A stretch of DNA of 27,029 nucleotides from Myxococcota bacterium (GCA_040752415.1 JBFMGU010000146.1:1-27029), one strand, 5' to 3'; shown: positions 16,812 to 25,553, counted from the first letter of the stretch. Notes: a model not told the origin generated them from the sequence alone. Numbers and translations: made by a program.

Positions 16812-19595
16812 TCAACTCCAATCTACGCCAATCTGGCCAGGGCGGCTCGCCGACACCTTAGGCGACATGCACTCATAGAGTTCAAATAGTCTCTCGAGGC
16901 GCTCAGTGTCGTTCTTAAACCTCCGCCCCACGTAGATCCGCTCCAATGTCTCGTCGTTGAGGTCATGTGCGCGACGCAGGTCTGCCGGCATCGCGTCCGG
17001 CGCATAGAGCTCAGCAATGGTGTGTGGGTAGTGATGCTCACGCGCCAGCAAAATCTCCTGCGCGGACCTGGTGAGATCGCCGATGTTCTTTTCAGTCAGC
17101 CTGGGCAGGGGAAAAGTGTTCCAGCCAAGGGTGTTTGAGTAGCGAAAGTCGGTTTTCATTTTTCCACACACAGTCGCAATCCAGACTAGATGCAGCCGAG
17201 AAGCCGCCAACGCCATGTTCCACAGCGGGGCGTCATACAGCGCGAACAAGAGGTCACTTACTATCGTCCTGTTGTCCACGATGTCCACTGGCAGGTAGGG
17301 CCGGCGCTCTGAGGAGACCTTCGCCACCACGAGCGAGTGCCGCTTCGCAGTGCCGGCGATCTGAACGAATCGATGAGGACGCGTCGCAAAATCGCGAGTA
17401 GAACCGGCCGCGCTGGCAAGGCGAAACCTGCGCACCTTCTCTAACACGGCCTTCAGGTAAGGGTGTTGCTGCGCACAGGCAGCATCATCGTCCTCAATCC
17501 ATAAGCACCATCGGGCCTTGCCTTGGATCAATTGCTCCGATCCCAGGTACGGGCGGACGAAACGTTCGACTTCCGGGTACTGGTTCAACACCCGTGCTCG
17601 TTCCTCGCCATCCAAAACAAACGCACCGCCGTCACGGGGCATGTTCCCGAACACCATCGGCGACACCCCGAACATCGGCCGACGAGCTTGCGTCACCGAG
17701 TTGACCCTCCCGGGCACCAAGTATGCATTGATGTAAGCTACCTGCCTCTCCTGCATTGACCCGTCTTCAGCTACAGAGAACAATCGCTTGATGGGTGGCG
17801 GCTTTACCGAGATGCCCACGATGGCTACAGTCACACCGGCGTTGTTGCTCGCGAGATTGGTCCATTTGAAGGACGTATGCGCGAATGTGATCTGATGCCC
17901 GGTGGCAAGAATCGCGGGCCAGAGGATGGGAACCTGGAGGCCTTGGCAAATCGAGTTGGTGGAGACGAACGCCGCAACCGCCTTGGTATGTTGGCCGTAA
18001 GCGGCAGCTTTCATAAACCAGCCTGAGACGTAATCCAGCGATTTCCAGGCAACCCCACTGCCCTCGAAGATCACCCTTAGGTCGTCCTTCTGTTCGTCAG
18101 ACTGCCACTTGCTACCCAAGTATGGAGGATTGCCGCAGATGTAGGTCTCGCCGCCTTCGTTCTCGAAGTCGATCTCGGCCTGATCAAGTGGCGTGCCGAA
18201 CAGATCATCAGCCCGCACCTTCACGGTGGTACCGGTCGGCGGGCAGATGCTTAACCAGTCGAGCCGGAGCGCGTTGCCGCACGTGATCCAGTTCTCGTTG
18301 CGCAGGGGCAGGAACTCGGCCAGCGCCAGCTTTTGTCCGCGATAGAGCACGTCACACTGATATTCGGCGATGACTAGCGCCAAGCGGGCAATCTCCGCCG
18401 GAAAGTCGCGCAGTTCGATCCCACGGAAGTTCGTGAGCGGGATCTCAGAAGCGCGATCCGCTTCGCCGCGTCGCTTGTTGATCTCGGCCTCGATTGCGCG
18501 CATCTCCTTGTAGGCGATGACAAGGAAGTTGCCGGAGCCGCAGGCCGGGTCGAAGACCCTGATCTTCGCCATGCGCTTGCGCAGATTGAGCAAGGTGCGG
18601 GGGTTGTCGCCCGCTTCCTCAAGCCGCGCCCGAAGATCGTCGAGGAATAGCGGGTTGAGCACCTTGAGGATGTTGGGGACACTCGTGTAGTGCATCCCAA
18701 GCTCCCCACGCTCCTCATCCTCGGCGACGGCCTGGATCATGGACCCGAAGATATCAGGGTTGATTTTGGTCCAGTCGAGGCCGCCGACGTGCAGGAAGTA
18801 GGACCGAGCGATTTTGCTGAACTTCGGCACGTCCATGCTGCCCGAGAAAAGACCACCGTTGACGTAGGGGAACCCGTCAGCCCAGCGAGGGATTTTGGCC
18901 GCCGCGCGGTTTTCCCGCTCGGTGTTCATGGCAAGGAACAACGTGCCGATAACCTCGTGGGTGTTGGACGAGTCCTTCGCGCTCATCTGCGCGGCAGTTT
19001 CGGTGAATTTGCCCTTGCCGGCGAAGATGCCCGTGTCCTCAGCGAAGAAGCAGAATATCAGCCGCGCCATGAAGTGGTTCATGTCGTGGCGGCGCTCGGC
19101 CTTGCCCCAATCGGGGTTGTCTCTCAAGAGTTCAACGTAGAGGCGATTGAGGCGGCTGGTCGCCCGGATGTCGAAGGCGTTCTCGCTGATCTGCCGGACG
19201 GTCGTGATGCCCGCCAGCGGCAGAAAGAAGCCGAAGTGGTCGGGGAAGTCCTTGAAGGCGCAGGCGACCGTCTCGCCGCTTGCCAGGTCTTCCGCCTCGA
19301 AGTCCGTGCCGTCGGTGGCGAGAATGAACTTCGCTTTGGCCCTGGCTGTCGCGGGGCTTTCCTTGAGCGCCTTGAGCGCCTTCGGCACCTGCCCTGGATC
19401 GCAGGTCAGGATGTGGATGTTGTTGGTCTGGAGGACGCCGCCGAGGTCGGACTTGTTCGACGCCCCGGCGCGAAGGCGCTTGATCGTCGTCTCCTTGTTG
19501 CCGAAGGCTTCAAGGAAGGCATAGGCGAAGTTCGCGGGGTCAAAGCGCTGCTCCGCGAGGTCGGTAATGGCCTGCTCAATCTCAACCGCGTTCAA
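16812..19595 (-). CDS. MmeI/YeeA(DnmA)-like type IIL/IIG N6-adenine DNA methyltransferase with C-terminal target recognition domain
   Basis: Motif I FDPACGSGNFL, motif IV GNPPY, GMHYTS, RLIFCFFAEDTGIF, C-terminal RYSNTLGWNTFP. TTG start. Confidence 0.93.
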   Translation of the reverse strand: MNAVEIEQAITDLAEQRFDPANFAYAFLEAFGNKETTIKRLRAGASNKSDLGGVLQTNNIHILTCDPGQVPKALKALKESPATARAKAKFILATDGTDFEAEDLASGETVACAFKDFPDHFGFFLPLAGITTVRQISENAFDIRATSRLNRLYVELLRDNPDWGKAERRHDMNHFMARLIFCFFAEDTGIFAGKGKFTETAAQMSAKDSSNTHEVIGTLFLAMNTERENRAAAKIPRWADGFPYVNGGLFSGSMDVPKFSKIARSYFLHVGGLDWTKINPDIFGSMIQAVAEDEERGELGMHYTSVPNILKVLNPLFLDDLRARLEEAGDNPRTLLNLRKRMAKIRVFDPACGSGNFLVIAYKEMRAIEAEINKRRGEADRASEIPLTNFRGIELRDFPAEIARLALVIAEYQCDVLYRGQKLALAEFLPLRNENWITCGNALRLDWLSICPPTGTTVKVRADDLFGTPLDQAEIDFENEGGETYICGNPPYLGSKWQSDEQKDDLRVIFEGSGVAWKSLDYVSGWFMKAAAYGQHTKAVAAFVSTNSICQGLQVPILWPAILATGHQITFAHTSFKWTNLASNNAGVTVAIVGISVKPPPIKRLFSVAEDGSMQERQVAYINAYLVPGRVNSVTQARRPMFGVSPMVFGNMPRDGGAFVLDGEERARVLNQYPEVERFVRPYLGSEQLIQGKARWCLWIEDDDAACAQQHPYLKAVLEKVRRFRLASAAGSTRDFATRPHRFVQIAGTAKRHSLVVAKVSSERRPYLPVDIVDNRTIVSDLLFALYDAPLWNMALAASRLHLVWIATVCGKMKTDFRYSNTLGWNTFPLPRLTEKNIGDLTRSAQEILLAREHHYPHTIAELYAPDAMPADLRRAHDLNDETLERIYVGRRFKNDTERLERLFELYECMSPKVSASRPGQIGVDWS

Positions 19596-19752
19596 TGGAG
19601 GTAACCCCCTCGTGTGGACATCTCAATCTTCGGGATGGGGAAGCCCGGAGATGCCGAAGCAAGGACTGGCCTACCATGCTGAGTTTTTGCTGGTCCAGCG
19701 GAGACCTGACTTTGTGGATACGCGCGTCGAACGAATCGAGACAGGCGCATGG

Positions 19753-19917
19753 TGGAGTTGCCCTGTTTTGTGGACACCCCAGATACGCCGAAAGCGTGAA
19801 GGATGTCCCCACGACACGCAGACCGAGACGTAGGTTCACCAAGCAGTTCAAGGCAGACGCGGTGCAGTTGGTATGGAAAGGGCCGGAGCATCCCGCACGT
19901 CGCCAAGGAGCTTGAGC
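19753..19917 (+). mobile_element. Truncated IS3-family element (left inverted repeat plus frameshifted orfA fragment)
   Basis: TGGAGTTGCCCTGTTTTGTGGACACC resembles an IS3 end. RRRFTKQFKADAVQLV followed in another frame by GRSIPHVAKEL matches the OrfA helix-turn-helix. No orfB or right end. Confidence 0.75.
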
Positions 19918-19930
19918 CGCCCTTCCTCGC

Positions 19931-20048
19931 GTTGCAGTGAGCTGAGCCTGCCCGCGGTCTCGTCGCGCGCCCGCGCGCTGGTGGTGCGGACGAGGCCGCC
20001 GGTGCCTCAACCCGTTGAATCCACGACATCATCCGAGCCCCGGCCGCC
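19931..20048 (+). repeat. Right copy of the direct repeat bounding the island
   Basis: Near-identical to 12240-12356. Confidence 0.95.
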
Positions 20049-20083
20049 GTCACGGACGCCGCCCTGGATGGCGGGCGGGGAGC

Positions 20084-20092
20084 TGCTATGGT
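20084..20092 (+). promoter_or_regulatory. Possible extended -10 promoter (TGcTATGGT)
   Basis: TGn plus a -10-like hexamer about 40 nt upstream of the ATG at 20130. Confidence 0.3.
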
Positions 20093-20129
20093 CCGCGCCA
20101 CTCACAACCAACCCACAGGGGAGTGGACC

Positions 20130-20801
20130 ATGGATGTTTCCCAGTTTCGCAGGTTCGGGACGCTGTCGTTGATCAACGTCGGGCGGAAGCACGCGGAGAA
20201 GCTGGCCGCGCATCCCGACGGACCCATCAAGAACCGCAGCGAGGCCATCGTGGTGCTGGTGAACGGCCTGGAACAGGCGTACCAGGCGCGCCGCCCGCTG
20301 CGCGCGCTGTGGGTCGACGCCACCGCCCGCAAGGACGCCGCGGATGACGCGCTGGACGCCGCCATTGCCGCGTTGAGCTACGACCTGCTCTCGCCTTCCC
20401 ATCTCAACAAGAACCGCGCCGCGCCGGAGTACCGTGCCGTGTTCCCCGACGGAAACACCAACTTCATCAACGGCCCGGAGCGCGCGCAGATTGCCCATGT
20501 CAATGGGATGGTGGACTACCTGAGGGCCAACCCGGGCCATCCCATGGCGGGTCGGGCGGCAGAGTTGGCCGAGAAGAACGCCGCGCTGGAAGCCGCGCTG
20601 GCACCCCAGGCCGCGGCCGAGCGCGCCTACCGCGCGGCACAGGAAGTGGAGCGCAACGCCCGCGAGGCCCTCTTCCGCGGCCTGCGCAAGTCGGTCACGT
20701 TCCTGCGCGGCCAGTTCGACGGTGACGAGAAGCGGGTCGAGGCGTTGTATCCCACGGTGGCCGAAACGAAGGTCAAGGAGGAGGAGGGGGAGGAAACCTG
20801 A
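20130..20801 (+). CDS. Hypothetical Ala-rich alpha-helical protein
   Basis: 223 aa with high GC3 codon usage and GGGGAG RBS; amphipathic helices and an acidic tail; no motif recognised. Confidence 0.8.
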   Translation: MDVSQFRRFGTLSLINVGRKHAEKLAAHPDGPIKNRSEAIVVLVNGLEQAYQARRPLRALWVDATARKDAADDALDAAIAALSYDLLSPSHLNKNRAAPEYRAVFPDGNTNFINGPERAQIAHVNGMVDYLRANPGHPMAGRAAELAEKNAALEAALAPQAAAERAYRAAQEVERNAREALFRGLRKSVTFLRGQFDGDEKRVEALYPTVAETKVKEEEGEET

Positions 20802-20831
20802 GGGGGCCTCCGTCCGCAGCACCGTGACGCG

Positions 20832-21005
20832 CTGGCCTCCACATCCCAACGCACCCGGAGATGCACGCCGGGTTCTGGCGTCCACCTTCCAACGCACCCG
20901 GAAATGCACGCCGGGCACCGGCCTCCACCTTCCCACGCCCCTGGAGGTGCACGCCGGGCGCCGCCTCCCACCTCCTGACGCATCCCGAGGTGCGCGCCGG
21001 GCGCC
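20832..21005 (+). repeat. Four degenerate 43-bp tandem repeats
   Basis: TGC(A/G)CGCCGGG starts at 20862, 20905, 20948 and 20991, an exact 43-bp period. Confidence 0.9.
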
Positions 21006-21160
21006 GCGCTTCCCCCCATGATGCGACCCACTCACCACGAGGGTCCGCAACCGGAGCGGCGCACCTGCTGCACGGCACGGCGTGGTCCGCCCCCGCTTGA
21101 CTCATGGTGTCCCCTGTAGGATACGCGCGCACCTTCTCTCACAGGGCGCGTGGCGCGGGG

Positions 21161-23353
21161 ATGGATGTCATGGCATTGCGGCGGCGGTTGCGGATTCGTC
21201 GGTGGGTGGCGGCGTGGCTGGGTGGCTGGGCGGTGGTGGCGGCCACGGGGTGCGTGACCCCGGCGGAGGAGGACGGCTGGGAGACCGGGGAGCTGGAGGA
21301 GCCGGGCCTCAGTGAGTCCGCCGTCTACGACGAGGCGCTGTGGCGCGTGGTCCCCGACGCGGCGCTGCCCGAGAGCGCGCACCCCTACGCCAACCGCGCC
21401 GACGAGAGCACCGTGGTCACCACCGCGGAGTGCGTGCAGGCGGTGCGCGTCCACTTCGAGAAGGTGGAGCTCAAGGGCGGCGACAGCCTGACCATCTACA
21501 ACGCGGCCGGTCGCCAGGTGCAGCGGCTCAGCAACACCACGCGCACCAACTTCGTGAGCAATCCCGTCGAGGGCAACCAGCTCACGTTGCGCCTGCGCAG
21601 CAACCGTTCCACCCGCGGCTGGGGCTTCAAGGTGGACCGCGTGGAGGTGGTGGAGGGCGCGGTGGTGTGCAGCCGCATGATGTGGCGCTCCTGCGCTCCC
21701 GACCAGGTCACCCTGGCCCCCGCCGAGCGCGGCCTCTGCCAGTGCCCGGCCCAGCCCGTCTGCGCGCCGCTCAGCGAGTTCGAGGCGTCCTACGGCGCGG
21801 GCGGCGGGTTCACCGGCGGGTACAGCGGCCGCGTGCTGCGTGGCAACGGGCAGATCGTGGCGGTGCGTCAGCTCACCGCGGGCGACCCCGTGCAGGAGAC
21901 CGTGATCGCCTACGCCAACGCCACGCGCCTGCAGACGCTGGCCAACGAGGTGCAGAACACGCGCTTCCTCACCAGCACCGTCGAGAACGTGCCTGGGAAC
22001 ATGACCTCCCTGTTCAGCGCGCGGCAGGGCACGCAGAGCCGTGAGCGCTTCTGGCCCACCGGCGAGACCACCCCCGCGGACATGGAGACGCTCATCACGC
22101 TCTTCACCAAGGCCACCAGCTGCGGCCCCGACGCCGACATGGCGCGCTGCGCGCCCGGCCACCGCTGCCAGGACGGGGAGTGCGTGGAGACGCTGTGCTC
22201 CTGCGCGGAGATCTTCCAGCCGGTGTGCGGCGTGTACGGCAACTTCTACGAGAACCCCTGCATGGCCTCCTGCGCCAACGAGCCCATCAAGCACAACGGC
22301 TGGTGCGGCCTGCAGGGCGACGAGTGCGGCGGTCTGCGCGGCCTGGAGTGCGCGGAACACTTCCTCTGCCAGTACACCGACGGGACCAACACGCCCTCCA
22401 ACTCCGTCGAGATCGGCACCTGCGTGAGCGCGGAGCCGGGCTGCGGCTGCGGCGACGTGAACGCGCCGGTCTGCACCACCGACGACCAGACCTATCCCTC
22501 GGCCTGCCACGCCGGTTGCGAAGGCAAGGAGATCCGTCACCAGGGCGCGTGCGGCAGCACCGGCGACACCTGCGGCACCATCCGCGGCCTGACCTGCGCG
22601 CCGGGCTACCACTGCGAGTACGAGGGCGGCGTGACCACTGCGCCGTATCCCGACGCCGGCGGCACCTGCGTGGCGGACCAGGGCTGCATCTGCCCGCGCT
22701 TCTATGACCCGCAGTGCGGCGACAATCAGGTCACCTACGGCAACACCTGCGAGGCGGCGTGCGCCAACGTCGGCATCGTGCACCGCGGGGAGTGCGGACA
22801 GGATGGGGATGCGTGTGGGGGGCGGCGCGGGCTGACCTGCGCGGAGGGCTTCAAGTGCCAGTACAGCGGCGGCAGCTGGGAGGTGACCTTCCCCGACGAG
22901 GTGGGGACCTGCCGGCCCACCCCCGGCAACTGGTGCGACGTGCCCACCGAGTGCGGCCTGACCGTGCGCCTGTCCTGCCCCGCCAACTGGTTCTGCGAGA
23001 ACCACCAGTGCCGCTACGAGTGCATTGTCACCGAGCACTGGGAGCTGGAGAGCGCGCGCTTCGAGACGGCGCATCCCTACCGCAACAACCAGTCCCTGGC
23101 CTGGACCGCCACCGGTGAGGTCGACACGCAGGCGGTCCGCTTCATCTTCGAGAGCTTCTCGCTGGAGGAGGGCTACGACTTCGTCCTCCTCTACGACGAG
23201 GGCTGGAACGAGGTGGCGCGTTACACCGGCGAGCTGGGGGCGTTCACCAGCGCGGAGGTGTCCGGGCGCGTGGCGCACCTGGTGTTCCGCTCCGACGCCA
23301 GCGTGGTGCAGCAAGGCTTCGTGGGCGTGGGCGTGGAGTACAAGCGCCCCTGA
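21161..23353 (+). CDS. Lipoprotein with two CUB-like domains and three Kazal-type protease-inhibitor repeats
   Basis: Lipobox-like AATGC; ESAHPY..VRVHF..GWGFKV and ETAHPY..LEEGYDFV CUB-like ends; CAEIFQPVCG, CGDVNAPVC and CPRFYDPQCG Kazal motifs. Start uncertain (21104, 21161 or 21170). Confidence 0.88.
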   Translation: MDVMALRRRLRIRRWVAAWLGGWAVVAATGCVTPAEEDGWETGELEEPGLSESAVYDEALWRVVPDAALPESAHPYANRADESTVVTTAECVQAVRVHFEKVELKGGDSLTIYNAAGRQVQRLSNTTRTNFVSNPVEGNQLTLRLRSNRSTRGWGFKVDRVEVVEGAVVCSRMMWRSCAPDQVTLAPAERGLCQCPAQPVCAPLSEFEASYGAGGGFTGGYSGRVLRGNGQIVAVRQLTAGDPVQETVIAYANATRLQTLANEVQNTRFLTSTVENVPGNMTSLFSARQGTQSRERFWPTGETTPADMETLITLFTKATSCGPDADMARCAPGHRCQDGECVETLCSCAEIFQPVCGVYGNFYENPCMASCANEPIKHNGWCGLQGDECGGLRGLECAEHFLCQYTDGTNTPSNSVEIGTCVSAEPGCGCGDVNAPVCTTDDQTYPSACHAGCEGKEIRHQGACGSTGDTCGTIRGLTCAPGYHCEYEGGVTTAPYPDAGGTCVADQGCICPRFYDPQCGDNQVTYGNTCEAACANVGIVHRGECGQDGDACGGRRGLTCAEGFKCQYSGGSWEVTFPDEVGTCRPTPGNWCDVPTECGLTVRLSCPANWFCENHQCRYECIVTEHWELESARFETAHPYRNNQSLAWTATGEVDTQAVRFIFESFSLEEGYDFVLLYDEGWNEVARYTGELGAFTSAEVSGRVAHLVFRSDASVVQQGFVGVGVEYKRP

Positions 23354-23495
23354 TGGTCACCGGCCGCGTGCCCGGGTGGGGGTGGAAAACCGCCACCGCG
23401 GACGCGGTTGTCGTCGGGAAGGGGTGCGGCGGCGTGGGCTCGGGCGACGGGAGGAGGGCGCGTCACCCTGCGGGCGGGGTTAGTCTGGGCACGGG

Positions 23496-25553
23496 GTGGG
23501 TGCCCACGTGGACCTTGAACCGCGTTTGCTGTTGGCAATCCTGGAGGGCCTTCCGGAGGGCGTGATTGCCGTTTCTCCGACGGGGCGGGTGCTCGTCTGC
23601 AACCCGGCGGCGCGGGCGCTGACCGGTTTCTCCTCGGAAGCGTTGCCTCCGGCGCAGGCCGCGGCGGCCCTGGGACTGCTGCTGCCCGACGGGAACACGC
23701 CCCTTCCCGCGGAGCGCTTTCCGCTGGAGCGCGCGCTGGCCGGGGAGCGTGGCGACGAGGTGGAGGTGGTGGCGCGCCCCCCGGGGCGGGAAGGCGGGGT
23801 GCACCTGGGCGTCACCGCGCACCCGGTCCACGACGGGAGCGGCCAGGTCTGCGCGGGGATCATCCGCTTGCGGGAGACCGGCGAGCGCAGGCGGCGCGAG
23901 GAGGAGCTGCGGCGGGCCAACATGTTCCTGGATTCCATCGTCGAGAACATCCCGGACATGATCTTCGTGAAGGACGCCACGCGGCTGCGCTTCGAGCTCA
24001 TCAACCGCGCCGGGGAGGAGCTGATTGGTCGCACGCGGGAGGAGCTGCTTGGCCGCAGCGACCACGACTTCTTCCCGCGTGAGCAGGCCGAGCACTTCAC
24101 CGCGCGCGACCGCGAGACGCTGGCGGGGCGGAAGGTGGTGGACATCCCGGAGGAGCCCATCCACACCGGGCACGGGACGCGCTGGCTGCACACCAAGAAG
24201 ATCCCGCTGCTCGACGCGGCGGGCCGGCCCCGCTACCTGCTGGGCATCTCCGAGGACATCACCGAGCGCAAACACGTGGAGCGTGAGCTGCGCGCCGCCC
24301 GCGACGAGCTGGAGCTGCGGGTGGCCGAGCGCACCGAGGACCTGGCCCGCGCCAACGAGGAGCTGCGCCAGGAGATCGAGGAGCGGCAGCGCGCGGAGGA
24401 GGCGTTGCGTCGCAGCGAGGAGCAGCTGCGGCACGCGCAGAAAATGGAAGCGGTGGGCCGGCTGGCCGGCGGGGTGGCGCATGACTTCAACAACATGCTC
24501 ACCGCCATCATCAGCTACACCGCCATGCTCACCGACGCGCTGCGCCCCGACGATCCCCTGCAGACCGAGCTGGGACAGATTGCCCGCGCCGCGGACCGCG
24601 CCGCCGCGTTGACGCAGCAGCTGCTGGCATTCTCCCGTCGGCAGATGCTGCGGCCCAAGGTGCTGGACCTGGGCGTGGTGGTGAATGACCTCGACGACAT
24701 GTTGCGTCGGCTCATTGGTGAGGACGTGGAGCTGGTGACCAGCGTGGAGCCGCGGCTGGGGTGCGTCCACGCCGACCCGGGCCAGATGGCGCAGGTGCTG
24801 ATGAACCTGGTGGTCAACGCGCGCGACGCCATGCCGCGCGGTGGGCGCATCACCATCGGGCTGCGCAACGTGGCGCTGGAGGTGGATTGCCCGTCGGGGA
24901 TGGTGCCGGGGCGTTATGTCTCCCTGGTGGTCAGCGACACCGGCGTGGGGATGGACCAGCAGACCATCAGCCGCATCTTCGAGCCGTTCTTCACCACCAA
25001 GGAGGTGGGCAAGGGGACGGGGCTGGGCCTCTCCACGGTGTACGGGATCGTCAAGCAGAGCGGCGGGGAGATCACCGTGGAGAGTGCGCCGGGACGGGGG
25101 TCGCGCTTCCAGGTGTACCTGCCGGTGGTGGAGCGGGAGGCGGAGGCCACGGTGACGCCGGTGGTCCCCAGCGCGGGCCGCCCGGCCACCATCCTGCTGG
25201 TGGAGGACGAGGACCTGGTGCGCGCGGCCACGCGGGATGCGCTGCGCGCGCGGGGGTACACGGTGTTGGAGTCGCGGCGTGGCGACGAGGCGTTGCGCTG
25301 CTGCCAGGAGTACGGCGGTTCCATTGACCTGGTGCTCAGCGACGTGGTGATGCCGGGCATGGACGGACGGGAGCTGGTGGAACGGCTGCGGACCATGCGG
25401 CCCGGGCTGCGCGTGTTGTTCATGAGCGGCTACACCGACGTGGGGGAGCGCCAGCATCCGCCCGGCGCCGCGGGGCTGCTGCGCAAGCCGTTCACGCCGC
25501 AGATGCTGGTGGAGAAGATCCGGCAGGTGTTGGAGGCGCCGGTGGACGCTTAG
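23496..25553 (+). CDS. PAS-PAS hybrid histidine kinase/response regulator (CckA-like architecture)
   Basis: AGGVAHDFNN H-box, NLVVNARDAM, EPFFTTK..GTGLGL, receiver ILLVEDE..SDVVMP..KPF. Confidence 0.93.
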   Translation: MGAHVDLEPRLLLAILEGLPEGVIAVSPTGRVLVCNPAARALTGFSSEALPPAQAAAALGLLLPDGNTPLPAERFPLERALAGERGDEVEVVARPPGREGGVHLGVTAHPVHDGSGQVCAGIIRLRETGERRRREEELRRANMFLDSIVENIPDMIFVKDATRLRFELINRAGEELIGRTREELLGRSDHDFFPREQAEHFTARDRETLAGRKVVDIPEEPIHTGHGTRWLHTKKIPLLDAAGRPRYLLGISEDITERKHVERELRAARDELELRVAERTEDLARANEELRQEIEERQRAEEALRRSEEQLRHAQKMEAVGRLAGGVAHDFNNMLTAIISYTAMLTDALRPDDPLQTELGQIARAADRAAALTQQLLAFSRRQMLRPKVLDLGVVVNDLDDMLRRLIGEDVELVTSVEPRLGCVHADPGQMAQVLMNLVVNARDAMPRGGRITIGLRNVALEVDCPSGMVPGRYVSLVVSDTGVGMDQQTISRIFEPFFTTKEVGKGTGLGLSTVYGIVKQSGGEITVESAPGRGSRFQVYLPVVEREAEATVTPVVPSAGRPATILLVEDEDLVRAATRDALRARGYTVLESRRGDEALRCCQEYGGSIDLVLSDVVMPGMDGRELVERLRTMRPGLRVLFMSGYTDVGERQHPPGAAGLLRKPFTPQMLVEKIRQVLEAPVDA

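Larger units (their letters stand above)
12357..19930. mobile_element. Acquired defence island between direct repeats
   Basis: GC is visibly lower than the flanks (hand counts of sample 60-mers gave 50-63%), gene orientation is opposite to the flanks, and it has flanking repeats and an IS3 remnant. Confidence 0.8.

Noticed and set aside
12456..19595. DISARM or BREX assignment
   Set aside because: No DrmB/DUF1998, SNF2 DrmD, PglZ or BrxC-like genes are present; the gene set is YeeABC-like.
19595..19915. 106-aa ORF as an intact transposase
   Set aside because: Only a short stretch resembles OrfA, it is frameshifted, and no DDE domain follows.
20832..21005. CRISPR array
   Set aside because: The units are similar along their whole length with no unique spacers, and there are no cas genes in the window.
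21097..21122. Sigma70 promoter TTGACT...TAGGAT
   Set aside because: The spacer is only 14 bp.
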